DNA from: Candidatus Tayloriibacteriota bacterium
GTDB taxonomy: Bacteria > Patescibacteriota > Minisyncoccia > Phycocordibacterales > CAIRYW01
Assembly: GCA_028286725.1 (NCBI GenBank)
Contig: JAQBQZ010000003.1
Coordinates: forward strand, 1 to 52,264
DNA length: 52,264 bases
Reading direction: 5' to 3'
The notes beneath the pieces are model-generated. The model ran no database searches. It was given only the letters and a program-made list of their open reading frames with translations, and had not been told where the DNA came from. The translations under genes were made by a program, and so were the position numbers. This document shows positions 1-7,893 of this stretch, in pieces. The number at the start of each line of letters is the position of its first letter. The stretch's first letter is position 1.

Positions 1-20
1 ACCGCGCCCAAGGGCGCGGT
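1..20. terminator. GC-rich hairpin ACCGCGCCC-AA-GGGCGCGGT; probable terminator after the small minus-strand ORF
   Basis: Perfect 9-bp inverted repeat at the window edge; the minus-strand U-tract would lie outside the window. Confidence 0.5.
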
Positions 21-36
21 TCATTTTATTTTAAGA

Positions 37-177
37 TTACTTTCCTTTATTGTATCTCTTGTTTGCAGTCTTTGCGGCGATCTTTGCCTTCTTGATCGCG
101 AGTCTCTTTTTTGTTTTTCGAGGCCCTTTGAGTCGTAGTGTTGTGAGTCTACTTATTGATCCTGTTCTTTTTGCCAT
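37..177 (-). CDS. Small, very basic protein, 46 aa (MAKRTGSISRLTTLRLKGPRKTKKRLAIKKAKIAAKTANKRYNKGK)
   Basis: Translated by hand (below ORF-track cutoff); ATG at 177, TAA at 37-39, A-rich leader, hairpin directly downstream. Confidence 0.6.
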   Translation of the reverse strand: MAKRTGSISRLTTLRLKGPRKTKKRLAIKKAKIAAKTANKRYNKGK

Positions 178-225
178 AAATATTTAATTTAACGATTAGT
201 GTTACTAATTATACCTTAATCTTCA

Positions 226-582
226 TTATTTATCAATATTTTCAATCAAATGTTTTACTCTTTCGAGTTCGGGATCGACTGCTAAACCTTTTTCTTTTCG
301 CAAACCTATTTGAGCCTCGATCATTGCGATTTTTCTTTGTTTCCACTTTTTGAATTCTTCCATTCCTAATTCATTTCTTTTTGTATTGATATATTTATCG
401 TCAAACGGGGGAGGAGAAGCTCTCTTTATAAGACAGAGGGCAATGATCACGATTACTACACTAGATATGTCAGCCAGCATTGGTTTAACATTGTTCTGTA
501 ACAAATAGATTATTCCTCCACCTACTGCCGCATAGATAAGCTGGGTGAATGTCAGAGGTCCAAAGATTTTTTCATCATCCAT
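226..582 (-). CDS. PrgI-like membrane protein
   Basis: N-terminal DEKIFGPLTFTQLIY followed by two TM helices, matching the PrgI-family pattern common in CPR genomes. Confidence 0.55.
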   Translation of the reverse strand: MDDEKIFGPLTFTQLIYAAVGGGIIYLLQNNVKPMLADISSVVIVIIALCLIKRASPPPFDDKYINTKRNELGMEEFKKWKQRKIAMIEAQIGLRKEKGLAVDPELERVKHLIENIDK

Positions 583-596
583 ATTATTTTTTTTAT

Positions 597-666
597 TTCC
601 AACAAGCGAGGAGTGCGTGGACGAGTGCTCTCGTACATAGCGTCCGAGTCGCAGTTGGAATATAGG
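597..666 (-). repeat. 70-bp palindromic dispersed element, copy 1
   Basis: Reverse complement matches 20764-20833 at 65/70 positions by manual alignment. Confidence 0.85.
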
Positions 667-781
667 TTAATACTTTTATTTAATTCTATATTCTTAAGTA
701 TGCGTCAATTTTAAGTATAATGCCAGGCTTATTCATGATATGTCTTTGTCATATTTTTCACTTTGAAACGGCATCAATGGT

Positions 782-1303
782 ATGAAAGCTATCGCAATAC
801 AAAGATATACCAAAGATCACAGCAAACACTTCCTCGTCCTAGGTCTTGCTCTTTTATGGCTTTTGACTTCGATTCTACACTTTTTTACTTCAGGTATTTT
901 TGGGGCAGGTAATACTGCCTTTGCTGGAACTGCAAGCGGAAGCTTGCTCAGTCAGAATTCACTATTAAATATTGGTCCTGGTACTGAGGCGCTTATGAAT
1001 GATCTAAAGAATAAAAATCTTGATCCCGAAATCGTCGCCAACAACACTCGAGCTTTCTTCTCTGTAGAAGGCAAAATGATCACACTTGCAAGCGGTAATA
1101 TAAAAGTATATGAATATACAGACAATAATATCCTCTTAAATGAAGTAGAGGCGTTCAAGGAGAACTCAAAGACACCTTATGGTTCTTGGAAAAAAGATGT
1201 ACATCTCTACAACAATGCAAAAGTAATCGTCTTTTATATGGGAGAGGATAAAGAAATCAAAGATACTCTGAATACTATTTTTGGAAGCGAGGTAAAAAAG
1301 TAG
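782..1303 (+). CDS. Hypothetical protein with N-terminal membrane anchor
   Basis: 173-aa ORF, hydrophobic segment at about aa 17-42. Confidence 0.7.
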   Translation: MKAIAIQRYTKDHSKHFLVLGLALLWLLTSILHFFTSGIFGAGNTAFAGTASGSLLSQNSLLNIGPGTEALMNDLKNKNLDPEIVANNTRAFFSVEGKMITLASGNIKVYEYTDNNILLNEVEAFKENSKTPYGSWKKDVHLYNNAKVIVFYMGEDKEIKDTLNTIFGSEVKK

Positions 1304-1305
1304 GA

Positions 1306-1734
1306 TTATTTTCCTTCGTAAGCATTTTTTAGCGCTTCTACATCTATCTTCACCATTTTCATCATCGCATCCATTACACGTCCTGATTTTTCTTTGTCGC
1401 TACCATTTAGATATTCTCCAAGTATGCTCGGAATCACTTGCCATGACATTCCAAATTTATCTTTAAGCCATCCACATTGGCTTGGGGCACCTCCATCTGC
1501 GAGAAGTGCATTCCAATAGAGGTCAACTTCAGCTTGATCTTTGCAATCAATAAACATTGAGATCGCTTCATTGAATTTGAAGTATGGTCCACCGTTCAGT
1601 ACCAAGAATTCCTGACCCTCAAGTTCAAAACGATTCTCACTTATGATCTTTGAATTCTTGAATATTGAAGTATAAAACTTCATTGCATCCTCGGCATTAT
1701 TATCAAACCAGAGAAATGGTGTTATTTTTTGCAT
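1306..1734 (-). CDS. VOC / PhnB-like protein (3-demethylubiquinone-9 3-methyltransferase family)
   Basis: MQKITPFLWF...AEDAMKFY, F.L.GQEF..LNGGP, CGWLKDKFGMSWQV. Confidence 0.9.
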   Translation of the reverse strand: MQKITPFLWFDNNAEDAMKFYTSIFKNSKIISENRFELEGQEFLVLNGGPYFKFNEAISMFIDCKDQAEVDLYWNALLADGGAPSQCGWLKDKFGMSWQVIPSILGEYLNGSDKEKSGRVMDAMMKMVKIDVEALKNAYEGK

Positions 1735-1787
1735 AAATTTTGATTATTATTAGTCATAATATTATAAAACAAAATATTGGATCTTGC

Positions 1788-1860
1788 TTGACTTGCTATA
1801 TAAAATCTATACCATCATTGTCAGTTAGTGATAGGGCTAGAAAACAATCGCTCTTTGAGA
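1788..1860 (+). promoter_or_regulatory. sigma70-like promoter of thrC plus boxA-like GCTCTTTGAGA
   Basis: TTGACT-N16-TACCAT; GCTCTTTGAGA at 1850-1860. Confidence 0.45.
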
Positions 1861-1882
1861 GCTCAGCAAATATTATACAAAC

Positions 1883-3202
1883 ATGAAACCGGAATTATCC
1901 TGGCTAAGATGCATGCGTTGTCATACAACGCAACCCCTTTATGGGACTACGAAGTTCGTTTGCCAATGCGGCGGACTTTATGATGTGGAACATGACTTTG
2001 GAATCAGACCTGCAGACGTCCCTCGACTGAAGCAGGTCTTCAGAGCTCGTGCCCTGCAAGGGAAGGATGTAAAAACTCGCTCACGCGTGTGGGGGTTCAA
2101 AGAGTTCATCATGCCTTCTCTTGACGATAGCGAGATCATCTCGCTTGGCGAAGGCGTGTACTCTCTCCAACCTGCTGGACACAGTGTGGTCAAGTGGGTC
2201 GGAGGTCACCTCAATCTTTGGATCATTCCAGAAGGGCAAACCCAGACTGGCTCCTTCAAGGATCATGGAGGTACGGTCGCAGTGAGTGTTGCGCACGCAT
2301 TCGGTATTCAAACTATCGCTTGCGCATCAACAGGTGACACCTCTGCGATGGCAGCAGCTTATGCTGCGGCAGCGGGAATGGATTGTGTTGTTGTCTTGCC
2401 ACAAGGACAAGTGACGAATGTCCAAATTGCTCAACTGCATGCTCACGGCGCCCGTATCATTATGGTGCCTGGCAGTTTCGACGACTGCATGAAGATTGTG
2501 AAGGAACTTGCTGCTATGGGGCACGTGTTCCCAATCAATAGCATCAATCCTGCGAGGATCGAAGGGCACATGTCCACGGTCTTTATGACAGCACAGTTTT
2601 TGGGATGGAGACTCCCAGATGCATTCGCAGTACCACTTGGCAATGGTAGTAATACCAGCTCAATTGGCAAGGGCATCAGAACTCTGCAGGATTTAGGATT
2701 TGTTGACAAAGAGAGTGTTTGCAAAATCATTGCGACACAATCTGAAGCTTCAAATCCTTTGGCAACTTCTTGGCAAAAGTGCCAGGTGGACGGTATGGTG
2801 AATGCTGCAGAGTGGCTTGAGCAATTTCATCCGCAGACCAAGCTCGGTCAAACAGTTGCGACAGCTGCACGCATTGGAGATCCTGTCTCCTATGAGAAAG
2901 TGGTGCGGGAAATTTGTGCGTCGCGAGGTGTTGTTTTGACTGCTGCCGAACAAGAGTTGATCGAGGCGACCAAAGTCTTGGGAGCCTCAGGATTCTCCGG
3001 TTGTCCACAAACTGGGCAGGCACTTGCGGGTCTTCGGCGCGCTGTGAAGGACGGATACATTCGTCCAGGTGCAACGGTCTTCTTGGTTTCTACTGCAACT
3101 TCTCTGAAGTTTCCAGATGTGGCGACGTCGTTTGGAGGCAGCCTTGTCCAGACTTCGTCATCAACGGAAACCTCGGCAGTGGCAAAGTTGATCGGTGTCT
3201 GA
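1883..3202 (+). CDS. thrC: Threonine synthase (PLP-dependent, fold type II)
   Basis: TGSFKD (PLP Lys), CASTGDTSA, VPLGNGSN, RIGDPVS, CPQTG, STA.SLKF. Confidence 0.85.
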   Translation: MKPELSWLRCMRCHTTQPLYGTTKFVCQCGGLYDVEHDFGIRPADVPRLKQVFRARALQGKDVKTRSRVWGFKEFIMPSLDDSEIISLGEGVYSLQPAGHSVVKWVGGHLNLWIIPEGQTQTGSFKDHGGTVAVSVAHAFGIQTIACASTGDTSAMAAAYAAAAGMDCVVVLPQGQVTNVQIAQLHAHGARIIMVPGSFDDCMKIVKELAAMGHVFPINSINPARIEGHMSTVFMTAQFLGWRLPDAFAVPLGNGSNTSSIGKGIRTLQDLGFVDKESVCKIIATQSEASNPLATSWQKCQVDGMVNAAEWLEQFHPQTKLGQTVATAARIGDPVSYEKVVREICASRGVVLTAAEQELIEATKVLGASGFSGCPQTGQALAGLRRAVKDGYIRPGATVFLVSTATSLKFPDVATSFGGSLVQTSSSTETSAVAKLIGV

Positions 3203-3224
3203 GTTTACGGAGTTCTGCTCAATT

Positions 3225-3255
3225 GGGGACGATACGAAAGTGTCGTCTCTTTTTT
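3225..3255 (+). terminator. Intrinsic terminator of thrC
   Basis: GGGGACGATAC-GAAA-GTGTCGTCTC followed by T-tract. Confidence 0.8.
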
Positions 3256-3282
3256 ATTTCATGAACGATTTTTGTTTTTGGA

Positions 3283-3438
3283 TTAGAATCCAAGTCCTGC
3301 AAATCGGAGGAGCCAAACGATTACAATCACAACCAAAACAATTTGAATCGGTGTCCTGATTTTTTCAGGGAGGAGAGGGAGTAAATATGCGTAGATTACC
3401 CAAAGCACGACAATAACGACAATAAGTTGTAACAACAT
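3283..3438 (-). CDS. Small two-TM membrane protein, 51 aa, Thivi_2564-like (MLLQLIVVIVVLWVIYAYLLPLLPEKIRTPIQIVLVVIVIVWLLRFAGLGF)
   Basis: Translated by hand; helix - P-x-x-K-I-R - helix ending WLL..G pattern. Confidence 0.7.
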   Translation of the reverse strand: MLLQLIVVIVVLWVIYAYLLPLLPEKIRTPIQIVLVVIVIVWLLRFAGLGF

Positions 3439-3553
3439 AATAGATTTGATTACTTAATAATTACAGTATAGAAGACGCGGCAAGAAGTGGGAAATTACAC
3501 TTGAATAATTTCTTTGATCAAGAGGGTTAAAATTATTGTAATTAAGACTATGT

Positions 3554-4354
3554 ATGATATTGTTTTCCATAAACAACATGACTCAAAAATTAAATACCAA
3601 TACTGATTGTTATTGTGGCGAAACGATAGATATCGATTGTGTTTTGAATGATTGTATTGAAGTGGCGGCACAGTATGGTTGGATTGTTGAAAAAATATTT
3701 GTTCCGAACGAAAAAGAATTGATAGTTTTGAAAAGGGAATATGAAGCACCTCAAAGGCGAATTTATATCTCAGCTGGAATTCACGGTGATGAGCCTGCGG
3801 GACCACTGGCCGTTCTCGAACTCTTGAAACAAAATGTCTGGCCAGAAAATATTAATTTTCATATTTTACCTTGTCTTAATCCACATGGGTTTAAGAATAA
3901 TACGCGAGAGAACGAAGACTGTATTGATCTCAATAGAGATTATTATCACTGCAATGCGCCTGAGATCTGTGCACATGTTGAATGGTTGGATAAATCTCCT
4001 GATTACGATCTTACATTATGTCTTCATGAAGACTGGGATGCAAAAGGGTTTTATCTGTATGAAGCAATGCATCCAAAACATGCTTCGATCGCGAATCAGA
4101 TACTCGATGGTGTGAGACCGACTTTTCCAATTGATGACTCAGAAGAAATCGACGGATATCCCGCAGTAAATGGAATCATGGGTGTACCAAGTGATCTTCA
4201 TACACTGAAACATTGGCCTGAATCAATGTATCTCTTTGAAAAGAAAAAACTGCTTAACTATACTCTTGAGACTGCTTCTGATTTTCCACTTCAATGTCGG
4301 GTGAAGGCGATGTGTGCAGCTGTGAAAGCTGCGATTGAAACTTTGAGAAAGTAA
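3554..4354 (+). CDS. M14-family zinc carboxypeptidase/deacylase (MpaA / succinylglutamate desuccinylase-like); alternative start 3578
   Basis: GIHGDEPAG, NPHG, RENEDCIDLNRDY, LCLHED, YTLET. Confidence 0.8.
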   Translation: MILFSINNMTQKLNTNTDCYCGETIDIDCVLNDCIEVAAQYGWIVEKIFVPNEKELIVLKREYEAPQRRIYISAGIHGDEPAGPLAVLELLKQNVWPENINFHILPCLNPHGFKNNTRENEDCIDLNRDYYHCNAPEICAHVEWLDKSPDYDLTLCLHEDWDAKGFYLYEAMHPKHASIANQILDGVRPTFPIDDSEEIDGYPAVNGIMGVPSDLHTLKHWPESMYLFEKKKLLNYTLETASDFPLQCRVKAMCAAVKAAIETLRK

Positions 4355-4363
4355 AAGTAAAAG

Positions 4364-4563
4364 GGTTCGATCCCTACCGGTGTTGCCAAATAAAAAAATC
4401 ACAGCATTTGCTGTGATTTTTTTATTTGGCGACACCGAGCAAGTGCGGGACACTTGCGTGTAGGGATCGAAAACCTTTTGAGCATAATTTGCGAATCTTT
4501 GAAGCAAATTATCCAAAAGGTGTACTGATCCTGTAAGGATCGATATCCCTACCGGGGGAGCCA
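4364..4563 (+). repeat. tRNA-3'-end-mimic composite repeat, copy 1
   Basis: Core 4438-4552 nearly identical to 5404-5518; starts GGTTCGATCCCTAC-CGGTGTT-G-CCA and ends ATCCCTAC-CGGGGGA-G-CCA. Confidence 0.9.
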
Positions 4564-4596
4564 CTAAAAATACCCTTATTTTATATGGGTGTTTTT

Positions 4597-4621
4597 TGAT
4601 ACCAGAGGAGGGGATCGAACC
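4597..4621 (-). pseudogene. Isolated tRNA 3' fragment, tRNA-Leu-like (GGTTCGATC-CCCTC-CTCTGGT-A-TCA)
   Basis: T-loop, 5-nt T-stem strand, 7-nt acceptor strand and discriminator; no 5' half upstream. Confidence 0.5.
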
Positions 4622-4767
4622 TAAAATATTCTAAGTGTAATTGACTTTATGTATAACCGTGATATTGTAAATTTATAAAGTTCATTGAATTTGGAGAGAG
4701 TTTGAGTTTAAGGTGGAAGAAAAAAAGTAATTATTTATTGTTTTTCTTTCATCTTAAACACCACATC

Positions 4768-5094
4768 ATGAAAACAGCATACATCAGCATCCTCCTCATT
4801 GTGGCTCTGTCCACACAAGCCGTCGCCGACACATCCTATCTGAAAATAATCAAAGAAACTCCTTACTCACCTACGGTGATTTTCGGTAAAACTTTGATGG
4901 ATGGAGGCGTGAATACTTCTGCACAAGGACTCGCATCAGCGGGTGAACCTGGAGCCGAAGCGTTGACCAAATGGGAGAGAGCAAACCCAGATAAAGAGAT
5001 TGTTGCTGTGACAGCTCATAGCGCATCTTCCAACAACGACAGCACCTTCGTGCTCTACGGCTTCTGGATCACCTGGAAGTCTCGTGTGAAGTAA
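4768..5094 (+). CDS. Hypothetical secreted protein
   Basis: ATG at 4768 gives a Sec signal (MKTAYISILLIVALSTQAVA|DT); upstream TTGACT promoter and downstream hairpin. Confidence 0.7.
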   Translation: MKTAYISILLIVALSTQAVADTSYLKIIKETPYSPTVIFGKTLMDGGVNTSAQGLASAGEPGAEALTKWERANPDKEIVAVTAHSASSNNDSTFVLYGFWITWKSRVK

Positions 5095-5236
5095 CTCTCT
5101 CCACTTCTCCTTCGTCCCCTCACCTTTGGCAACATTGGTGGGGTCTTTTTATTTCAACTCCTGTACATAAAAACTCTCATTACTCCTCACCCAAGTTCCA
5201 ATCGAATCGACGAGTCGGAGCAATATTCAAAGCGCT

Positions 5237-5264
5237 TTGCAAAAATCTACTTTTTTGATACTAT
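5237..5264 (+). promoter_or_regulatory. tRNA-Asn promoter
   Basis: TTGCAA-N16-TACTAT with TGn extended -10, 12 nt before the tRNA. Confidence 0.6.
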
Positions 5265-5275
5265 AGTCCGAGTAT

Positions 5276-5347
5276 TCCCCTGTAGCTCAGCGGTAGAGCA
5301 ATCGACTGTTAATGGATTGGTCGTAGGTTCGATCCCTACCGGGGGAG
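5276..5347 (+). tRNA. tRNA-Asn (GTT)
   Basis: Acceptor TCCCCTG/CGGGGGA, D-arm GCTCAGCGGTAGAGC, anticodon loop CT-GTT-AA, T-arm GTAGG-TTCGATC-CCTAC; one G-G mismatch in anticodon stem; followed by CAA, not CCA. Confidence 0.9.
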
Positions 5348-5529
5348 CAAAATACAAAAACACCAGAGAATATTCTGTGGTGTTTTTGTATTTTGCTCCC
5401 CCGAGCAAGTGTGGGGCACTTGCGTGTAGGGATCGAAAACCTTTTGAGCATAATTTGCGATTTTAAGAAGCAAATTATCTAAAAGGTGTACTGATCCTGT
5501 AAGGATTGATATCCCTACCTCCGTAGCCA
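5326..5529 (+). repeat. tRNA-3'-end-mimic composite repeat, copy 2 (uses the real tRNA-Asn 3' end as its left arm)
   Basis: Same order of modules as 4364-4563; ends ATCCCTAC-CTCCGTA-G-CCA followed by a terminator-like hairpin. Confidence 0.9.
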
Positions 5530-5659
5530 AAAATCACTTTGTTTTACAAGGTGGTTTTTTATTAATTTTATTTAAGTTCGAACTTAATATTTAAATAAAA
5601 AATCGCAGAGACCAGAGTCTCTGCGATGTGCATACGAGTTGATGTTGGAGGAGATTGCC

Positions 5660-6211
5660 TTAGTCGGTAAAAACTCCTTTCAGCATCTCCATTGCTTCCT
5701 CAACGAGCGGGGTTTCCATCGACGTAAGCGGATTGAATCCACATGCAAGACCAGTCGCGTATGACATGGCCTCGTCAACGCGAGGTGGTCCCCCTGAGAT
5801 GGAGATATAGATTTCATCACCGTCATGGTCGCCTCTGAAGACGACACAACCGCCGTAAGTGCGCAGACTTTTGTCAGGATTTGTTTCGTCTGCACTCTGG
5901 GTGGACGTAGAGTCATTATGACCTTCGGTCCTGCGATTGCGGGTGCGGTTGATTTTTTCAACAGCGTGGTAGCCGTTTCCGATGATGTTGGCACCCGGGC
6001 TGCCGAAGCTAACGCTCCAAAGCATGGATTGCTCAGGAGCATCTTTAGGCAAGTACGCAAATGCGAACACGCCACCAGTTCGGACTTTTTCAGGAGAATC
6101 GACCATCTTGCTCAAGGCGACGAGTGTCTCAGTAATTTTCGTGAAATCCAGACGATTCTTGATGTTGTCTGGAGTAATATGGCCTCGGGCCCAGGCTAGC
6201 AATGATCCCAT
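5660..6211 (-). CDS. Hypothetical protein, weakly GlcG/HbpS (heme-binding)-like
   Basis: C-terminal YGGCVVF...IYISISGG.PRVDEAMS resembles the GlcG GG.P...IGVSGG..DE pattern. Confidence 0.6.
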   Translation of the reverse strand: MGSLLAWARGHITPDNIKNRLDFTKITETLVALSKMVDSPEKVRTGGVFAFAYLPKDAPEQSMLWSVSFGSPGANIIGNGYHAVEKINRTRNRRTEGHNDSTSTQSADETNPDKSLRTYGGCVVFRGDHDGDEIYISISGGPPRVDEAMSYATGLACGFNPLTSMETPLVEEAMEMLKGVFTD

Positions 6212-6623
6212 AGCGTTGGTAGATGTGCGTAAACTCGTATATAAAGAACTGCTCCGACCGGAAGCAAGTTATAGACAAACAAGTTCTTGCGGTTGAATTT
6301 AGAAATCAATTAAATCACATAAAATTGCTTCTGTAAATATGTAATGAAATCTATCGATAAAATAATAATTCTCTAATTTTTTTTCAATGCACCAACTTCA
6401 TCGTACAGAATGTTTGGGGCCATGAGTCTCGTGGGGTGAGCCGACTACAACATTGGCACATAAATATGCTCGCTAGTATTCCTGAAATAAGTTCGAACTT
6501 CATTTACGAGTTGGAGCACAAATACAAAAGGAGCAAGGAGTATTGATAAAATCTATTTAAACTAATTTATAAAAAAACCATCATCACGAATGAAGACGGA
6601 TCTTCCTCGTGATGATGGATAGG

Positions 6624-7253
6624 CTAACACAACATGATGACAACAGTTATGATCATAAAGAAAAGATTTTCGAATGTGTATGCTGACTCCTCGAGAATCT
6701 TCATTCTATGCTCTGGTTGTTTCCTGATCTTCATGACAAGTTTTTCAACTTTGATCAGGGTGATGGTTGCTGCCATAATCCACATATACCATCCGGCAAG
6801 CAGCCACCAGCTTGGTGGATCATGTGGCAGGAGGTACTGTTTGATCTGCGGATAGTAGGACATTACATCGGTAATAATCCCGCCAAGGAAAAGAATTCGG
6901 GGATTACCTTTCTTCTTGAGCGTGCTCCATATAACCCAGATCACGATTGTGGTGATGAGACCGTAGAGAACGATCTTTTCCGCATCTCCTAAATTGAAGG
7001 TGGTACCTCTGAGGCACAGCCCGAAGATCAGCATTGAGAAATTTCCAGTAAGGAAACCTGCCAAAAGCTTCCATCCGTCGTAACCTTGGGCTCGCGATGA
7101 GATCATGAGCATGGTCGCGAGTATGAGCCAAATGCTGTACGAGGCGAGGTTTATTTCTTCTGGATGTTGCCATCCGCCGATAGCAAGAGGAATATATGCT
7201 CCCGCGCTCAGAACTAATACGATATTATCCCAAGAGATTTTTGTTAAGGGCAC
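6624..7253 (-). CDS. Multi-TM membrane protein, PQ-loop-like, paralog of 35297-35878
   Basis: About 6-7 TM segments; DVMSYYPQIKQ motif; terminator CCATCATCACGA...TCGTGATGATGG downstream. Confidence 0.75.
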   Translation of the reverse strand: MPLTKISWDNIVLVLSAGAYIPLAIGGWQHPEEINLASYSIWLILATMLMISSRAQGYDGWKLLAGFLTGNFSMLIFGLCLRGTTFNLGDAEKIVLYGLITTIVIWVIWSTLKKKGNPRILFLGGIITDVMSYYPQIKQYLLPHDPPSWWLLAGWYMWIMAATITLIKVEKLVMKIRKQPEHRMKILEESAYTFENLFFMIITVVIMLC

Positions 7254-7453
7254 TTGCGGTTCCTTTCATGTTGTTGGTTGTTGTTAAGGGGAATGGCGTC
7301 GAGCTATTCCTGACTATTTGTTTAATTAAAACACAATATATGGAACAAGTAAATATGTACTCAAGATTGAGTTTAAAAACCTGTGTAATCAGAGATCCTT
7401 TGTCACTCTACTAGTGCACATTTTGAACACATTTCCTATGATATGATTACTTT

Positions 7454-7882
7454 ATGAAAACAATAAATCCATGGATTAACTTCAACGGCAACACCTTTGA
7501 TGCATTTACATTTTATAAATCAGTATTTGGTGGCGAGTTTACAAAAGTAGTGCGTTTCAAAGACCTAGCAAGTGACGAATTTAAAGTTCCAGAAAATGAG
7601 GCAAATAAAATAATGTACATTTCTCTACCTATTGGTCAAAGTAGTGTTTTGATCGGCAATGATGTTCCAGAATTTATGGGTAAAGTGAATGAAAATGAAA
7701 ATCGAAGTAAGGTTTTGGTAAATGTTGAAAGTAAAGAAGAAGCAGATCGAGTATTTAATGACCTTTCAGCTGGAGGTGCGGTAGAAGGACCGATGAGTGA
7801 TAGTCCGTGGGGATCGTATGCGGGTATGTTTAGAGATAGATACGGTATCGAGTGGATAATTGAATTTTCTCCCGGTAAATAA
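7454..7882 (+). CDS. VOC / PhnB-like glyoxalase-family protein
   Basis: INPWINFNGN..DAF.FYKSVFGG, PWGSYAGMFRDRYGIEW. Confidence 0.9.
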   Translation: MKTINPWINFNGNTFDAFTFYKSVFGGEFTKVVRFKDLASDEFKVPENEANKIMYISLPIGQSSVLIGNDVPEFMGKVNENENRSKVLVNVESKEEADRVFNDLSAGGAVEGPMSDSPWGSYAGMFRDRYGIEWIIEFSPGK

Positions 7883-7893
7883 AATATATTTCT

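Noticed and set aside
597-666. Integron/CALIN call for the 70-bp element
   Set aside because: No intI, no cassette array, non-canonical L boxes; kept only as a resemblance
4223-4564. ORF-track 113-aa minus ORF and its look-alike at 5336-5530
   Set aside because: Their similarity (VGISILTGSVHLLDNLL) is just the non-coding repeat read antisense; they overlap the M14 gene and the tRNA
4364-5529. CRISPR array
   Set aside because: Only two long composite copies, no regular repeat-spacer period, no cas genes
6361-6546. Start-less open frame with loosely HIT-like NFIVQN...QHWHINML
   Set aside because: Motif incomplete and no start codon until the last 26 codons; cannot be supported as a gene or pseudogene
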